A stretch of DNA of 53,916 bases, filler included, from Circinaria calcarea (GCA_051942165.1; 4 parts of 4 records of this genome joined end to end with filler, not necessarily neighbours in it), one strand, 5' to 3'; shown: positions 40,426 through 51,329, counted from the first letter of the whole stretch. Notes: generated by a model from the sequence alone, not told the origin. A program made the numbers and translations.

Positions 40426-40525
40426 NNNNNNNNNNNNNNNNNNNNNNNNNNNNNNNNNNNNNNNNNNNNTTAATTAATTAANNNNNNNNNNNNNNNNNNN
40501 NNNNNNNNNNNNNNNNNNNNNNNNN
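40426..40525. other. Artificial contig linker
   Basis: N44-TTAATTAATTAA-N44. Confidence 0.98.
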
Positions 40526-40558
40526 AACCTTTCTAGATATAAGCCGGATTATCTGTCC

Positions 40559-40631
40559 GAGGATATGCGTAGATGGCTCTACATATTGATTGCAGATCTT
40601 TAATTAAGGGTTCGATTCCCTCTTATCCTTT
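40559..40631 (+). tRNA. trnC: Mitochondrial tRNA-Cys(GCA)
   Basis: Acceptor GAGGATA/TATCCTT, anticodon loop TTGCAGA, T-arm AGGG-TTCGATT-CCCT. Some stem mismatches. Confidence 0.7.
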
Positions 40632-40739
40632 TCTTTTATTTAATTAACTTAAGTTAATATCTAAAAGTAATTTTATAGATAACTAGTATAAGGTTTCCTT
40701 TCTAGAATAACAAAACAAAAAAAATAAAAATAAAAATAA

Positions 40740-41495
40740 ATGAATAACAAAAAAAGTCTCTATCTACGTTTTATTACTGGTTTGAAAACTGGTTGAAATG
40801 CTCCTGTATTACCTGACAAAGTACTTTATATACACAATCACCCTTTTGTTCGTGTTTTCAGAGTCATTGGTGGTCTGTCTATAGTAACCGTTTTATCCAA
40901 TAAATATTTATTATTAATATTCCCGTTTAACATTGTTGTTCTGCTTCTTGCTTTATTTCATTTTATTTATATAACTGTTATCAGTGTGATTAAACTATAT
41001 CACGGTATTAGTGTTTTAAGAAGCGATAGGTTAAATGTTAAAAATTCGCCTCTGGATCAATTTGCTACTCTTACAGGTAGATTATTGTATTGTTGAAAAT
41101 TTGGTTGTCAAGCAGGTTCTGCTGGTTTAGGATTAGTCGGTACATCATTTATGATCGAGAGTATTTTAGAAGCTGGAAACCAAGAAAAAGTATTTACACC
41201 TTTAATAGGTAAAGGTGTTAAGTTTATTGTTAATGGTAGACCCGCGGATGATACTTTAAGCGGTATTAACAAATATATTAAGAATCTGGAGTCTAGTAAG
41301 AAAAGATATAACGAAATATCTGATTTATTGAGTAAAGCAAATAACTCATTAGATTCGAGTGATTTTTCAAAAGAGGATTTGGATTCCATAAAATCTACCA
41401 TTGACGAAGTAAAAAAGATGGAAAAATCTAAAATAACTTATTATTCTAAGGATTTAGCTCTAAAAATTAGAGAGTTTTCTGACAACAGTAAATAG
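40740..41495 (+). CDS. Mitochondrial hypothetical membrane ORF, 251 aa (genetic code 4)
   Basis: Continuous only if TGA=Trp (GGT TGA AAT; TGT TGA AAA): MNNKKSLYLRFITGLKTGWNAPVLPDKVLYIHNHPFVRVFRVIGGLS... Hydrophobic segments and AT-rich codons. From memory it resembles unidentified ORFs in fungal mtDNAs. Confidence 0.75.
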
Positions 41496-41765
41496 ACTAA
41501 TAATCACTCTTTCTTAATATGGTCTAGAAAGTACTAGACGTCACTATGAGCCAAATTATCTATGGTTTACATCTAAAGAAAATATGCATATATTGTCTAG
41601 TAGTAATATAAATGTTTAAACTAATCGTAAACTTATAGAGAAGAGATTCCCTCTTTTCTCTCCGCCTCCTCCTCTTGGACTCCATATGTTAGATTGTATC
41701 AGATGCTATTCTAAGAGTTAGCTCTTAAAATCCTCATCGCTTAAAGTTTAAGTAGTTACGTAAAG

Positions 41766-42349
41766 TTAGGGGGTAATTTCAGTTACCATCTCCATATCTA
41801 TCTCTTGTCTTAGTTGTTGTAGATCTGACAGATATCGGTTATGCGTCTGATCAATAGCTGGCAGATATTGGCTTTATACCCCCCAGATCCTGGGATACCA
41901 AAGGATAAACAGGTGTTGGAGGAGTAGGAGGAGTAGGAGTAGGGGTGTGAGTATGATTGGCATGCGTGGTTAAAGTAATCCCAGCTATTACACTGTAAGT
42001 ATATGTATTACCTAATACTGGCAGGTAAATTAGACTTACCTTTAGGTCTTTTTCTCTTTATCTTCATCATAACAATCGTAGGTGGAATAAACCCCGAATC
42101 GTGAAATTTTATTCTCGATCCAGTGTCTGGGTAGTGAAGGTGTAGGGTCTGGTGGTCTGGATGAAAGCAAGCCTCGTACACATCCTCTATAAACGTCTTT
42201 GTACCAGGAGGAAATTTGCGAGGACAACCTCGCAATCCAGTTCGGGTTTTAAAGGGTCTCCCTCTTGGCGGTTTTATTGGCAATTGGAACCATAGCCGTT
42301 CAATGTGCTTCATTTCGCTAATGTTTCCCATGAGGTAAGGGCCTCCCAT
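41766..42349 (-). pseudogene. Cassette 1 gene A1: RGRP (AT-hook-like) protein, spliceosomal intron 42039-41985, frameshifted
   Basis: Exon 1 KPPRGRPFKTRTGLRGCPRKFP. 55-nt GTAAGT..CTTAC..TAG phase-1 intron. Exon 2 is Pro/Thr-rich. The paralog-matching tail PAIDQTHNRYLSDLQQLRQEIDM lies in another frame, downstream of a G6 run. Confidence 0.65.
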
Positions 42350-42698
42350 GTTGAGAAAGGGGGGAGTGGGTTGTTACGTATAGGTGACTCTCGAAACTTT
42401 AGGGGGGTTTAGCCCTCGGTATATATGTGACAAGATGCTGATAGGATGATGTGGCAATGTGATGTGGATGAGTGGCAAAATGATGCGGCAAAACGATGGA
42501 ATGACGACACGGTAAGATGATGTGATCATGATGTCAAATGAAAGATAAGGCGATGGAAAAAAAAGCGAAACAATCCATAAACCTAATAACAGTACAGATT
42601 ACTAATAATAAAGTATTACCCGAAAAGTGAGACAAGTGTATCATTTGGGTAATGATCTTCATACTTGGCCTACTTGCGTGGCCAGCTGACAATTATTC

Positions 42699-42772
42699 GC
42701 ACGATAAGCTTGCATGATTAGCTTGCATGATAACTTCGCATGATAAGCTTGCATGATAAGCTTGCATGATAT
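42699..42772 (+). repeat. 13-bp tandem repeat GCATGATAAGCTT x5.5
   Basis: Read directly; a second 13-mer array TAAGGTGGTATGA x3 lies at 42887-42925. Confidence 0.9.
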
Positions 42773-43479
42773 GCAATACATGAGTGATATTTGCGTATAA
42801 CGCAGATGATGTGAACACGTCATCGATAAGGTGCTCAATAGTGTGAGAAAAGGATTTCGGATTACCTCGCATATTAGATAACAAGTTAAGGTGGTATGAT
42901 AAGGTGATATGATAAGGTGGTATTATGACCTTCTGACCTGGCTATCTTACCCAACCCCTTGCATAATAAACAAGGGTGTTAACACTGTGTATCACAGAAT
43001 AATCTGCTATTGGTCGTAAAAGCATCACCTTATCAACTATGAGAAAGCAGATCATATATCCAAATCCTCATAATTAAGAATAAGGAAGGGGGATCGTAGA
43101 TTAAGCAGTTAGGGTTGATAAGACTAGTGCTAATCATTGGTCGAAAAAAAAAAATTTTTTTTTTTTTCGGATGATCAAATAGTAATGGTGCAAATTTCTA
43201 GTTCTCAGCTGACCTTCGGTTTGTTTTTAAGCCGAAGTACAACTTTTATAAAACCGATAACTCCTTTAACACCGTTAACTCCCTTAACACCGAAAACTTC
43301 CTTAACACCCTTAAGGTATCTAAATTATTTAAACCTCTTCAATCCTCTTCATTTCACATACTTATCTCATAGTTCACCACTTTATACTTAAGAACCTTAG
43401 CACAATACCATATCTCATTATTCATCTATCATACATCTAACCTTTTACCCTTATTCATTCTTAAACCCGTTTTATAAGA

Positions 43480-44130
43480 ATGTCTTACCTTACTTTGCCA
43501 GCATTTACTCTTGCCTTGAATAGGGTACAAAATCCTCCCGGGAATCAATACGAACACCATGTGGGCACCGTGGTCTGCTCACTGTTGCAACATTATCTTC
43601 CCATATCAGAAAACTGGACGATTACGCCAGAAGTGATCCAAGATGTCAAAAAGAGGCCGGACTTCGTGGTTGAAACCTTCACTCCAGCCCTAAGTTCCGC
43701 TGTCAACCCTCTCCTGCAGCCGGCTATCTTTGTGGAAATAAAGAAAGTAGGAGGAGATTCATTTGTGAAAACTATGGCACAAGCCGCAGGAGCTGCTGTG
43801 CGTGCAAGTGATATGAAAGATGATCTCGCAGTTTTTTCGATAGTTGTGCGGGGGGTAGATATTGGATTTTTCGAATACTACAACTACAGAACCCTCCTGG
43901 ACGAGAATGATGTGGAAAACTTCGAGGGTCTCATACCCCTTACTCAAAAGGTCCCTGCCGGTCGACGATAATCTCCAGAGCTTATGCAAATCATCCAAGG
44001 TTTGCCTAACGATTTGCAGAAACCGAACTGCCATACTTCCCCCTTCTTTTTTAACATTTGGAGACATGGACAGCAGATCGAGGAACTGTTCAACTACATT
44101 AAGAAGGGTAGCCCTCTAAATCATTGCTAG
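43480..44130 (+). pseudogene. Cassette 1 gene B1: PD-(D/E)xK nuclease-fold protein with one in-frame TAA at 43969
   Basis: ITPE..KRPDFVVE..IFVEIKK..AQ motif. The frame continues past the TAA (SPELMQ..FFFNIWRHGQQIEELFNYIKK) to TAG 44128-44130. A possible intron 44130-44173 splits the stop codon. Confidence 0.7.
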
Positions 44131-44555
44131 TAAGTACATATCATATACTAAAATATATAATTGACTTTATTAGGTTGATCTCTCAATACCGCGGTACGCC
44201 GAAGGCTTATACCTCATCCGGATGGAATTGGAGGGATATTTTAATGTAAAGGGTTAGCGAACAAAAAGGATGTTTTTTTTCTTTACTTATGAAAGGATTA
44301 TACTCTAGAAGGGAAACGTACACAAGATAAGAATTATGCCGGTTATTTCTCGAATTGATCGCTTAACTCTAATTTCCTTTTTAGAGTAGAAACATAAGTG
44401 CTTTAACTAATCGTAAACTTTTAGAAAAGAGATCTCTTATCCTCTACACATACCCCTCCCTTTACTTCATAAGTTAGAATATCTGGGATGCTATGCTAAA
44501 AGTTAGCAGCCACACCACTTTTATACCATCCCTAATGGAGAATAAACTAGGGTTA

Positions 44556-45258
44556 TCACCCTTTTTTATTTTCTAGGCATTTATTTGTGCGGCCTTTCTC
44601 ACCTCCCAAACCCATATCTACCTCTTCTCCTTGTTGTTGCAAATCCGACTCGTATCGGTTATGTGCCCAATTAACAGTGGGAGGATCACTCATATCCTCC
44701 CTGTCCGCAAAAGGACTGGTTAGATCGATCATATCCTCCTTATCCGAAAGAGGACTGGTAAGATCGATTAGATCTTCCCTGTCCAATGGAAGAGCACCGT
44801 GGGTAGAAACATAAGTATCGGGTCGAAAAATAGTTGGAGGAAAATGAGTTGGAGGAGATGGAGTAGGGGTATAAAGTGTAGGGGGAAAATAGGCGTTCCA
44901 GGCTATTATACTCAGTAAGCACACGATTTCAGGATAATAATTGAGTATACTACTCACATAAAGGGTTGTTCCATACTTTTACCCTAACTTCACGCCGTAG
45001 TAAAGCTCTCTCGGCGGGTTCACCAACTATCGCCCTGCTTGGTCTGAAAGATTTTGGAGGTCGGTATGAACGAATAAGAATAGTGCTTTCGGGGTAATGT
45101 TTTAAAGGGGTGAGTAATTCACATGGCTCCGACAGAAATACTCTTCCCTTGGATGGAAACTTGATAGGACGACCCGGGAATCCGTTACGAATTTTGCAGG
45201 GTCTACCCCTGGACTTTTTTTCAGGGCAGAAAAACACAAGTGTTTGGATGTCCGACAT
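44556..45258 (-). CDS. Cassette 2 gene A2: RGRP (AT-hook-like) + IDLT (SIM-like) protein, 215 aa; exons 45258-44958, 44902-44556
   Basis: A 55-nt GTGAGT..CTTAC..TAG phase-1 intron joins two ORF-track ORFs in frame. Motifs KSRGRPCKIRNGFPGRPIKFP, two EDxIDLTSP repeats, and HNRYESDLQQ. Confidence 0.75.
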
Positions 45259-45405
45259 GTTGGTAGAGCTATAAGTATGAAAAGGTTCCTAAATATGAAG
45301 AGAGAAGATGTGGAAAGGTAAAGACAAATGGTCTGGAAGATGAAAGCAATATATAGTATAAAGATGACAATTCCAGCTAAGCTGTTTGGAATTTGAAAGT
45401 CTAAA

Positions 45406-45480
45406 GAATGTGGCACCCTAGTACAATGGAATGTGCCACCCTAGTTTCATGGAATGTGGTCTCCTAGCACAATGGAAAGT
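45406..45480 (+). repeat. 23-bp tandem repeat GAATGTGGCACCCTAGTACAATG x3
   Basis: Read directly. A degenerate 14-15-mer array (GGTTGGTATGT core) is also present at about 45757-45855. Confidence 0.85.
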
Positions 45481-46155
45481 GATATGCAAATTCCAATCTC
45501 TCTTGTAGGTAGAACACCTAAATTCCAATGTTTATTGGTTTGATATATGCAGATCATAACATTCCTGTCTTGGAGACATGTAGATTACAACATTATCTTT
45601 TAGATCATACACGTATTATCAGATTAGAGGTAAGACATGCATTTAAATGTCTTACGACTAAAACCCACCCCATGCGTAAAAGAAATGAGCTAAGGATAGA
45701 TATGTTAATCACGCCATGCGTGCAAGAGATGTTTAACATACTGATCTAGATACATAGGGTTGGTATGTGGTGACTGGTATGCAAGAGGTTAATATGCAGG
45801 GGGTTGGTATGTAGGGGGTTGGTACGCAATGATTGGTATGTAATGGTTGCTATGTTACAGATAGAATGAGGATTACGAAATGTGTTTTACATTATGCAAA
45901 GGTTGTTACCTTTTTTTTTTATAAAAAAAAAATAAAGCATGACCTATGACTCATATACCATGCAATTATGAGATCTTGCAAAGTTAAGGCTTGTTTGGTT
46001 ATGAGCACTAGTGTTCAGGTATTCACAAATTTGCATCTGCAGCTATAATCCTATAGCTGCAGGTGGTACATTTTATTCACCATTCCTTATCTATTGGTTT
46101 AGCCCCGCATACCCTAGACCTAAGGAATGTGTATTACGACTAGAATGAGGGAGAT

Positions 46156-46290
46156 TATCTTAGTTGTACATTCCAATTGTTCACGGGACGATTGTCTTAG
46201 TTGTACGTTCCAATTGTCCAATAATAACTATCTTATATGTACATTCCAATTGCTTATGGAATGAATATCTTATATGTACATTCCAATTGT
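46156..46290 (+). repeat. Four 24-bp repeats TATCTTAdwTGTACATTCCAATTG with variable 12-13 bp spacers (period 36-37)
   Basis: Units start at 46156, 46193, 46229 and 46266. Confidence 0.9.
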
Positions 46291-46571
46291 TTTATCTGTG
46301 TAAATAGTAATCTAGACAAGTTGAGCTGCGAAAGATATAAAGAGGAGTCACCTTTTTCCTCCAGAAAGACATTTCAAACCATCTTAAGAGATATTTCAGA
46401 ATATTTCTAAGTCGACAAAAGTATCCATCCATATATCTACGCTTTTATTCATTTCATTCCACCAACTCAGTCTCTATATCAGATCTTTAGATCATATCGG
46501 ATCTAAACAAGGTATTATGCACAAAAATGTAAATCATACATTTAGCTGATCATTTCCTTAGATAATACAAA

Positions 46572-47334
46572 ATGCCAAGAAGAGCCTCCACCCCATATTG
46601 TCCTAACCTACCAGTGATTATGGAGCAAGAGGATATCAGTGTAATCGAAGAAGAGACCTTTCCCAGACATTTTTCAATTGCTCTACGGGACAGACTCTCG
46701 TCCGCTTTAGGAGCGGACGATGCAGCATGCAAATTACTTCTGGAGGAGTTTTTGAGATGGTTTAGCCCTTCTGATGTTGAGATTATACCCCTGGAAAATA
46801 CAGGAATATACCACATGCGCAAAGCGGACGGTGTTACGACCCACTTAATTGCCATCGCAGGTAGTTCCGTAGGAACTACCTTAGCCAATGCTTACCGGGG
46901 AGTTTTCGAAAGAATGATCGAGATAATCGATGGTCATGATTTTTTGTCCGCCTCTACGGAAGTTACCCTTCTGTTACTTCTAGACCAATCTCTCACGGTT
47001 GTCTACTACAACCCTCAGGACGAAAGAGTGATCTCTCCATTTCCATCTAGCGATCGGTCAAAACCCCATGCTGAAAGGGCCCTTCCTCATCGAGTAAAAC
47101 CTCTCCTAAAAGGCCCACAGTTGTACGATTATGCTAGAGACGAGGACGATAGCGACGAGGACGATATCCGCGAGGATGTTAGGGATGGTTCTGGCATCTT
47201 TCTTGATTTGAAAGATTGGGAAAACCATCTTGCGGTTCGAGAATGTTTTCTTTTTGTTTTTTACCCTCAGATACTAAACAGGTATGTGTAAATCAATAAC
47301 TAATTGTTATATGCTAACTTATTTAAGGGGATAA
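46572..47334 (+). CDS. Cassette 2 gene B2: possible diverged, inactive nuclease-fold paralog of B1; intron 47282-47327
   Basis: 239-aa ORF; GTATGT..GCTAAC..AAG intron near the 3' end. Weak colinear resemblance to B1, but no PD/ExK motif is visible. Confidence 0.6.
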
Positions 47335-48155
47335 TAAGTCTTCGACATAGTCGATGACTTGTTGTCTAGAAGTGGAACAAGTGGGAGTTATGAGAGAAAT
47401 GGAAGGAGACTTCTTGCGAGAATGGTGGACCAAGCCACAAAAGCTTGGAATGTGGCTGATCAGGATAAAAGTTTAGCTGTTTTATTGCAGAAGGGCTAGA
47501 TTTTTTATTACATGAAGACTGCTATTCTAGAAGCGAGCTGGAGTATAACAGTATGAATAATTACTTCGCTCTCATATCACCTAGTCTAGAGATTTATCTC
47601 GCTATACTTGAACCTCCGTAGCCTGTTCAAATCATGTGATATTTACCTAAATATTTGGGTAAAACTGGTAATCACACAATCCCCTGCGTTTAACTCGCAG
47701 AAATATCTAATGTATATACATGATCTATTCCGTTACATTAAAGAGGTACCACAAGAAATTATTGCTATGTAAGTAGATATCATATCATGTACTAAACCTA
47801 GTAGAGGTTTTATACTTTTAGGTATACAAATCTCTATTGCAATACGCCAAATACTTATATATCATCTATCTTTTTTTTTTATAAAAAGGGATATTTATTT
47901 AAAGAGATGACAAGGTTTAGCGGACAATAAAAATGCTATTTAAATTCGTGCAATAGTTATATTATATAGTGTAAACATGGACAGGTTGAGCAATATGTGA
48001 TCACTAATTAATTTAATTGGTAGTTTATAACTATTTAGTATAGTTATGTTACCATTTTTTGGTATGACTTACATGGTTAGAGAGTAATATATTATCTATT
48101 ACTAGTAAATCATATTAGTAGTATGTGTATATACCACATCCATTTTACAAACAAA

Positions 48156-48242
48156 AGAGAATTGACCGAGTGGATTAAGGTGATAAGCTTGAGACTTATT
48201 TGGTCAAAATTGATTACATCCGTTCGAATCGGATATTCTCTG
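48156..48242 (+). tRNA. trnS: Mitochondrial tRNA-Ser(UGA)
   Basis: Acceptor AGAGAAT/ATTCTCT, anticodon arm ATAAG-CTTGAGA-CTTAT, long variable arm, T-arm ATCCG-TTCGAAT-CGGAT. Confidence 0.93.
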
Positions 48243-48279
48243 CACTGCACAGCACTCTAGAATATATCTCTAAATCATA

Positions 48280-48352
48280 CGGGTTAGAGCCAGGTTGGTT
48301 AGGCGTCTCATTTGGGTTGAGAAATTGTTATGTTCGAATCATGATAACCCGA
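48280..48352 (+). tRNA. trnP: Mitochondrial tRNA-Pro(UGG)
   Basis: Acceptor CGGGTTA/TAACCCG, anticodon arm TCTCA-TTTGGGT-TGAGA; typical position just upstream of rnl. Confidence 0.93.
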
Positions 48353-50522
48353 GAATAAAATATATTTATAGATATGATATATAAAACACAATAGTAATGT
48401 GATAGATATGGAATGTATTATTTCATCATTTAATATATTAAATGATGGCAAGTATACAAAGAGATTATTATGGAATCACAGCTATATATCAAAGAGATTA
48501 AATCGTGCTTTACTTGGTCAAAGAATGTCAAAGGGTGTCAAATTCTTTTTGACATTCGTTTGCCTGCTAGACGATATTGGTGATCTAGAGGATAACCCTA
48601 GCAAGTGGTTGATTACTACCAAAAATAACCATTTTGGTTAGTACGTGAGCTCTTAGAGAAATTAATTAACAAACGAAGTGAATTGAAACATCTTATTAAC
48701 TTCAGGAAAATAAATCAAACGAGATTCTGCCATTAGTGTGAATGAAAGCGGAAAAGCCTATTTTTAAATAAGTAAAATGGAGTACATACCTGTTTGAATA
48801 TAAAGGGGAACCTTCCTCTAAGGCTAAATATGATATATAAGCGATAGTGACTAGTACCGTGAGGGAAAGGATTGAAATAGTAATTTTATAAGCAGCTCAA
48901 TTAAAATTTAAATAAGATTAAAGAGCGTACCTTTTGCATAATGGGTCAGCAAGTTAATATTAGATGCGAGCAGCAATGCAAAGATAAAGCAATTATGATC
49001 TAATGATAGAGTATCTAAAATTAGACCCGAAGCCTAGTGATCTTACCATGATCAGGGTTATAAAAGCCCGAATGGGTTATCGTTGTAAAGATATCCAAAG
49101 AATTGTGGTAAGTTAGTGAAAGACAAAACTGACTAGGATAGCTGGTTTTCTGCGAAACCTATATTAGTAGGTAATTTAAATAACATCATAACAGGTACAG
49201 AACTGTAATCTCATAGAACTTTTCTTCTAGAAGAAGACATTTTCTATATGCTGGGGGGCGTGAAAACCCTATTGGGGAGTATTTGCACTCGAAAGGGTTA
49301 TGATGAATATTGAATAATCAGACATAGTACGATAAGGTTGTATGTCTAAAGGGAAACAGCCCAGAACAAGAGTTAATAAGGTTCCAAAATTATTGTTAAG
49401 TGAAAATAAGGAAGTATTTATCCAATTCGGCCAGGAAATAGGCTTAGGAGCGGCCATTTTTTGAAGACCTCGTAACAGAGCACTGGTTTAGTCTCTTCTT
49501 CTAAAAAAAAAAAGAGTTCACATTGATAAAAGCACCAAAAATTTAACGGATCTAAACAATATACCGAGACCTTGTCCATAAGGAATTAAGATATCCAAGT
49601 TATATATTATCTTTATGGGGTAGCAGAACATTGGGCAAATATTAGATTTCTTCTCCTTTAGAATTAAGATTATATAACCCAAGAGATAATGCTGACATGA
49701 GTAACGATAAAGGGAATTATTCCCTCGCCTAAAGCTTATGGAATTTCTTTAAAGTAACGGCCTCTAAGTTTAGATTAGCTTATAAAAAATATATTAAGAA
49801 AACTACATTTGGAAATAAATTAAAACAGATGATACAAATATAAGCCCTTAATAATGAGCTAAACCCTAAAGGATTAAACGATGAGAAAATCTAGTAGAGT
49901 TTACTGCTAAATAACCTTTTGCATATTTAATCTTAGGTTTTACACTTAAAAGCGGGTCACCAGTGTGTAAGTAATCTAAGGTTTTTTGTGTTATAGTGAA
50001 AAAGTGTTCTGGAAAACTTTAAACTCGGCACGGGGGAGAATATTTCTCGTGTTACTTAACCGTACCTAGAAACTATCGCCAGTAAGCTAGTAGAGAATAC
50101 GAAGGCGTTTGAGTGAACAATCATTAAGGAACTCGGCAAATTAGCTCACGTAACTTCGGGATAAGGAGCGCCACTACTCTTGATTAATATCAGGTAAAGA
50201 GGAGGAGGCACAGAATGATGTTGTACGACTGTTTAATTAAAACAAAGCACTTTGCGAAGACAATAAATCAATGTATTGAGTGTGATCTCTGCCCTATGTC
50301 GGCTGGTTATCGGATTCGCTTAGCTGACTAAGATAAGAAAGGCTTTGATGGATACCCCGATCAATGGCGGCCTTACAGATGAGGGTCCTAAGGTAGCGGA
50401 ATACCCTGGCCGTTAAATGCGGTCTTGCATGAATGACTTAACGATACAACAGCTGTCTCAATGATTGGCTCAGTGAAATTGGAATAACTGTGCAGATACA
50501 GTTTACCTCTAGTTAGACGAGA

Positions 50523-51329
50523 GTGCGACTAGACAAGTGCTTAATAACAATGTGGTGTGAACCCACCTGATAACCCATTATCTGAGCTCATTCGGTATGC
50601 AATAAAGGTAACTTTTTTGTGTAAAGCCCGTTTAATTAGTTAAAACTAGCCTACCTATTAAATTTAGTAGGTAGGTGAGCTATATTACTATGGATAAATT
50701 TAATTTGAATCTTCGTTTGAAGCGTAAACTAGAGAATTTATTTATTTAAGATAAAAACAAAAAAAAAAAAATAAATTAATTTTTGATTGTATAAATAGCT
50801 TTTCGTCTATTTATTAATGGGTCTAATGTCAGAATACGTATAGAAGGATCCTAAGGTAATTTTAAGGTGTTATTAAGTAAACTAGGTAAGCCCAATAATG
50901 TCCTTAATATTAATTTTAATATGAGGAAGTTTAATCGCAAGATTTAATATGCATTAGTGGGTAAAGGAGGTTCTAAAAAGCGAATGTCTTATTGTAATTA
51001 TAAGGATAGGTTTATAACTAATTTGAAAGAATGCAGACTTAGAACTGGTGTTTAATTTTTATAGATAAAAAAAAATCCTCTTCCTTAAAAGGGAAAATAT
51101 AATAATTATCTTTAATAGTTATAATAATTATAACTATAATCTGTTATACTAATTTATAATTCGTTAGAGTTACTAGTTTTTTTTTTATTCTAGTCGAGGT
51201 TTATTTATGTATATTTTTAATTTAGAATTATTAATAAAAAAAAATTAAATGCTTGAGCCGTATGCGATGAAAGCCGCACGTACGGTTCTTAGAGGGGGAA
51301 ATCTTAGTAATAAGACGACCTATCTCAAC
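50523..51329 (+). other. ORF-less group II intron in rnl (about L2059)
   Basis: 5' GTGCG and 3' CTATCTCAAC. Domain V GAGCCGTATGCGATGAAAGCCGCACGTACGGTTC at 51255-51288. EBS1 loop TTTCGT (50801-50806) pairs with exon ACGAGA. Confidence 0.93.

Noticed and set aside
46156..46290. CRISPR array
   Set aside because: Spacers are only 12-13 bp, there are no cas genes and the context is eukaryotic.
41520..47600. Integrated genomovirus/CRESS DNA virus (ambisense layout, intron, about 3 kb)
   Set aside because: No HUH Rep or SF3 helicase motifs and no canonical nonanucleotide stem-loop were recognised.
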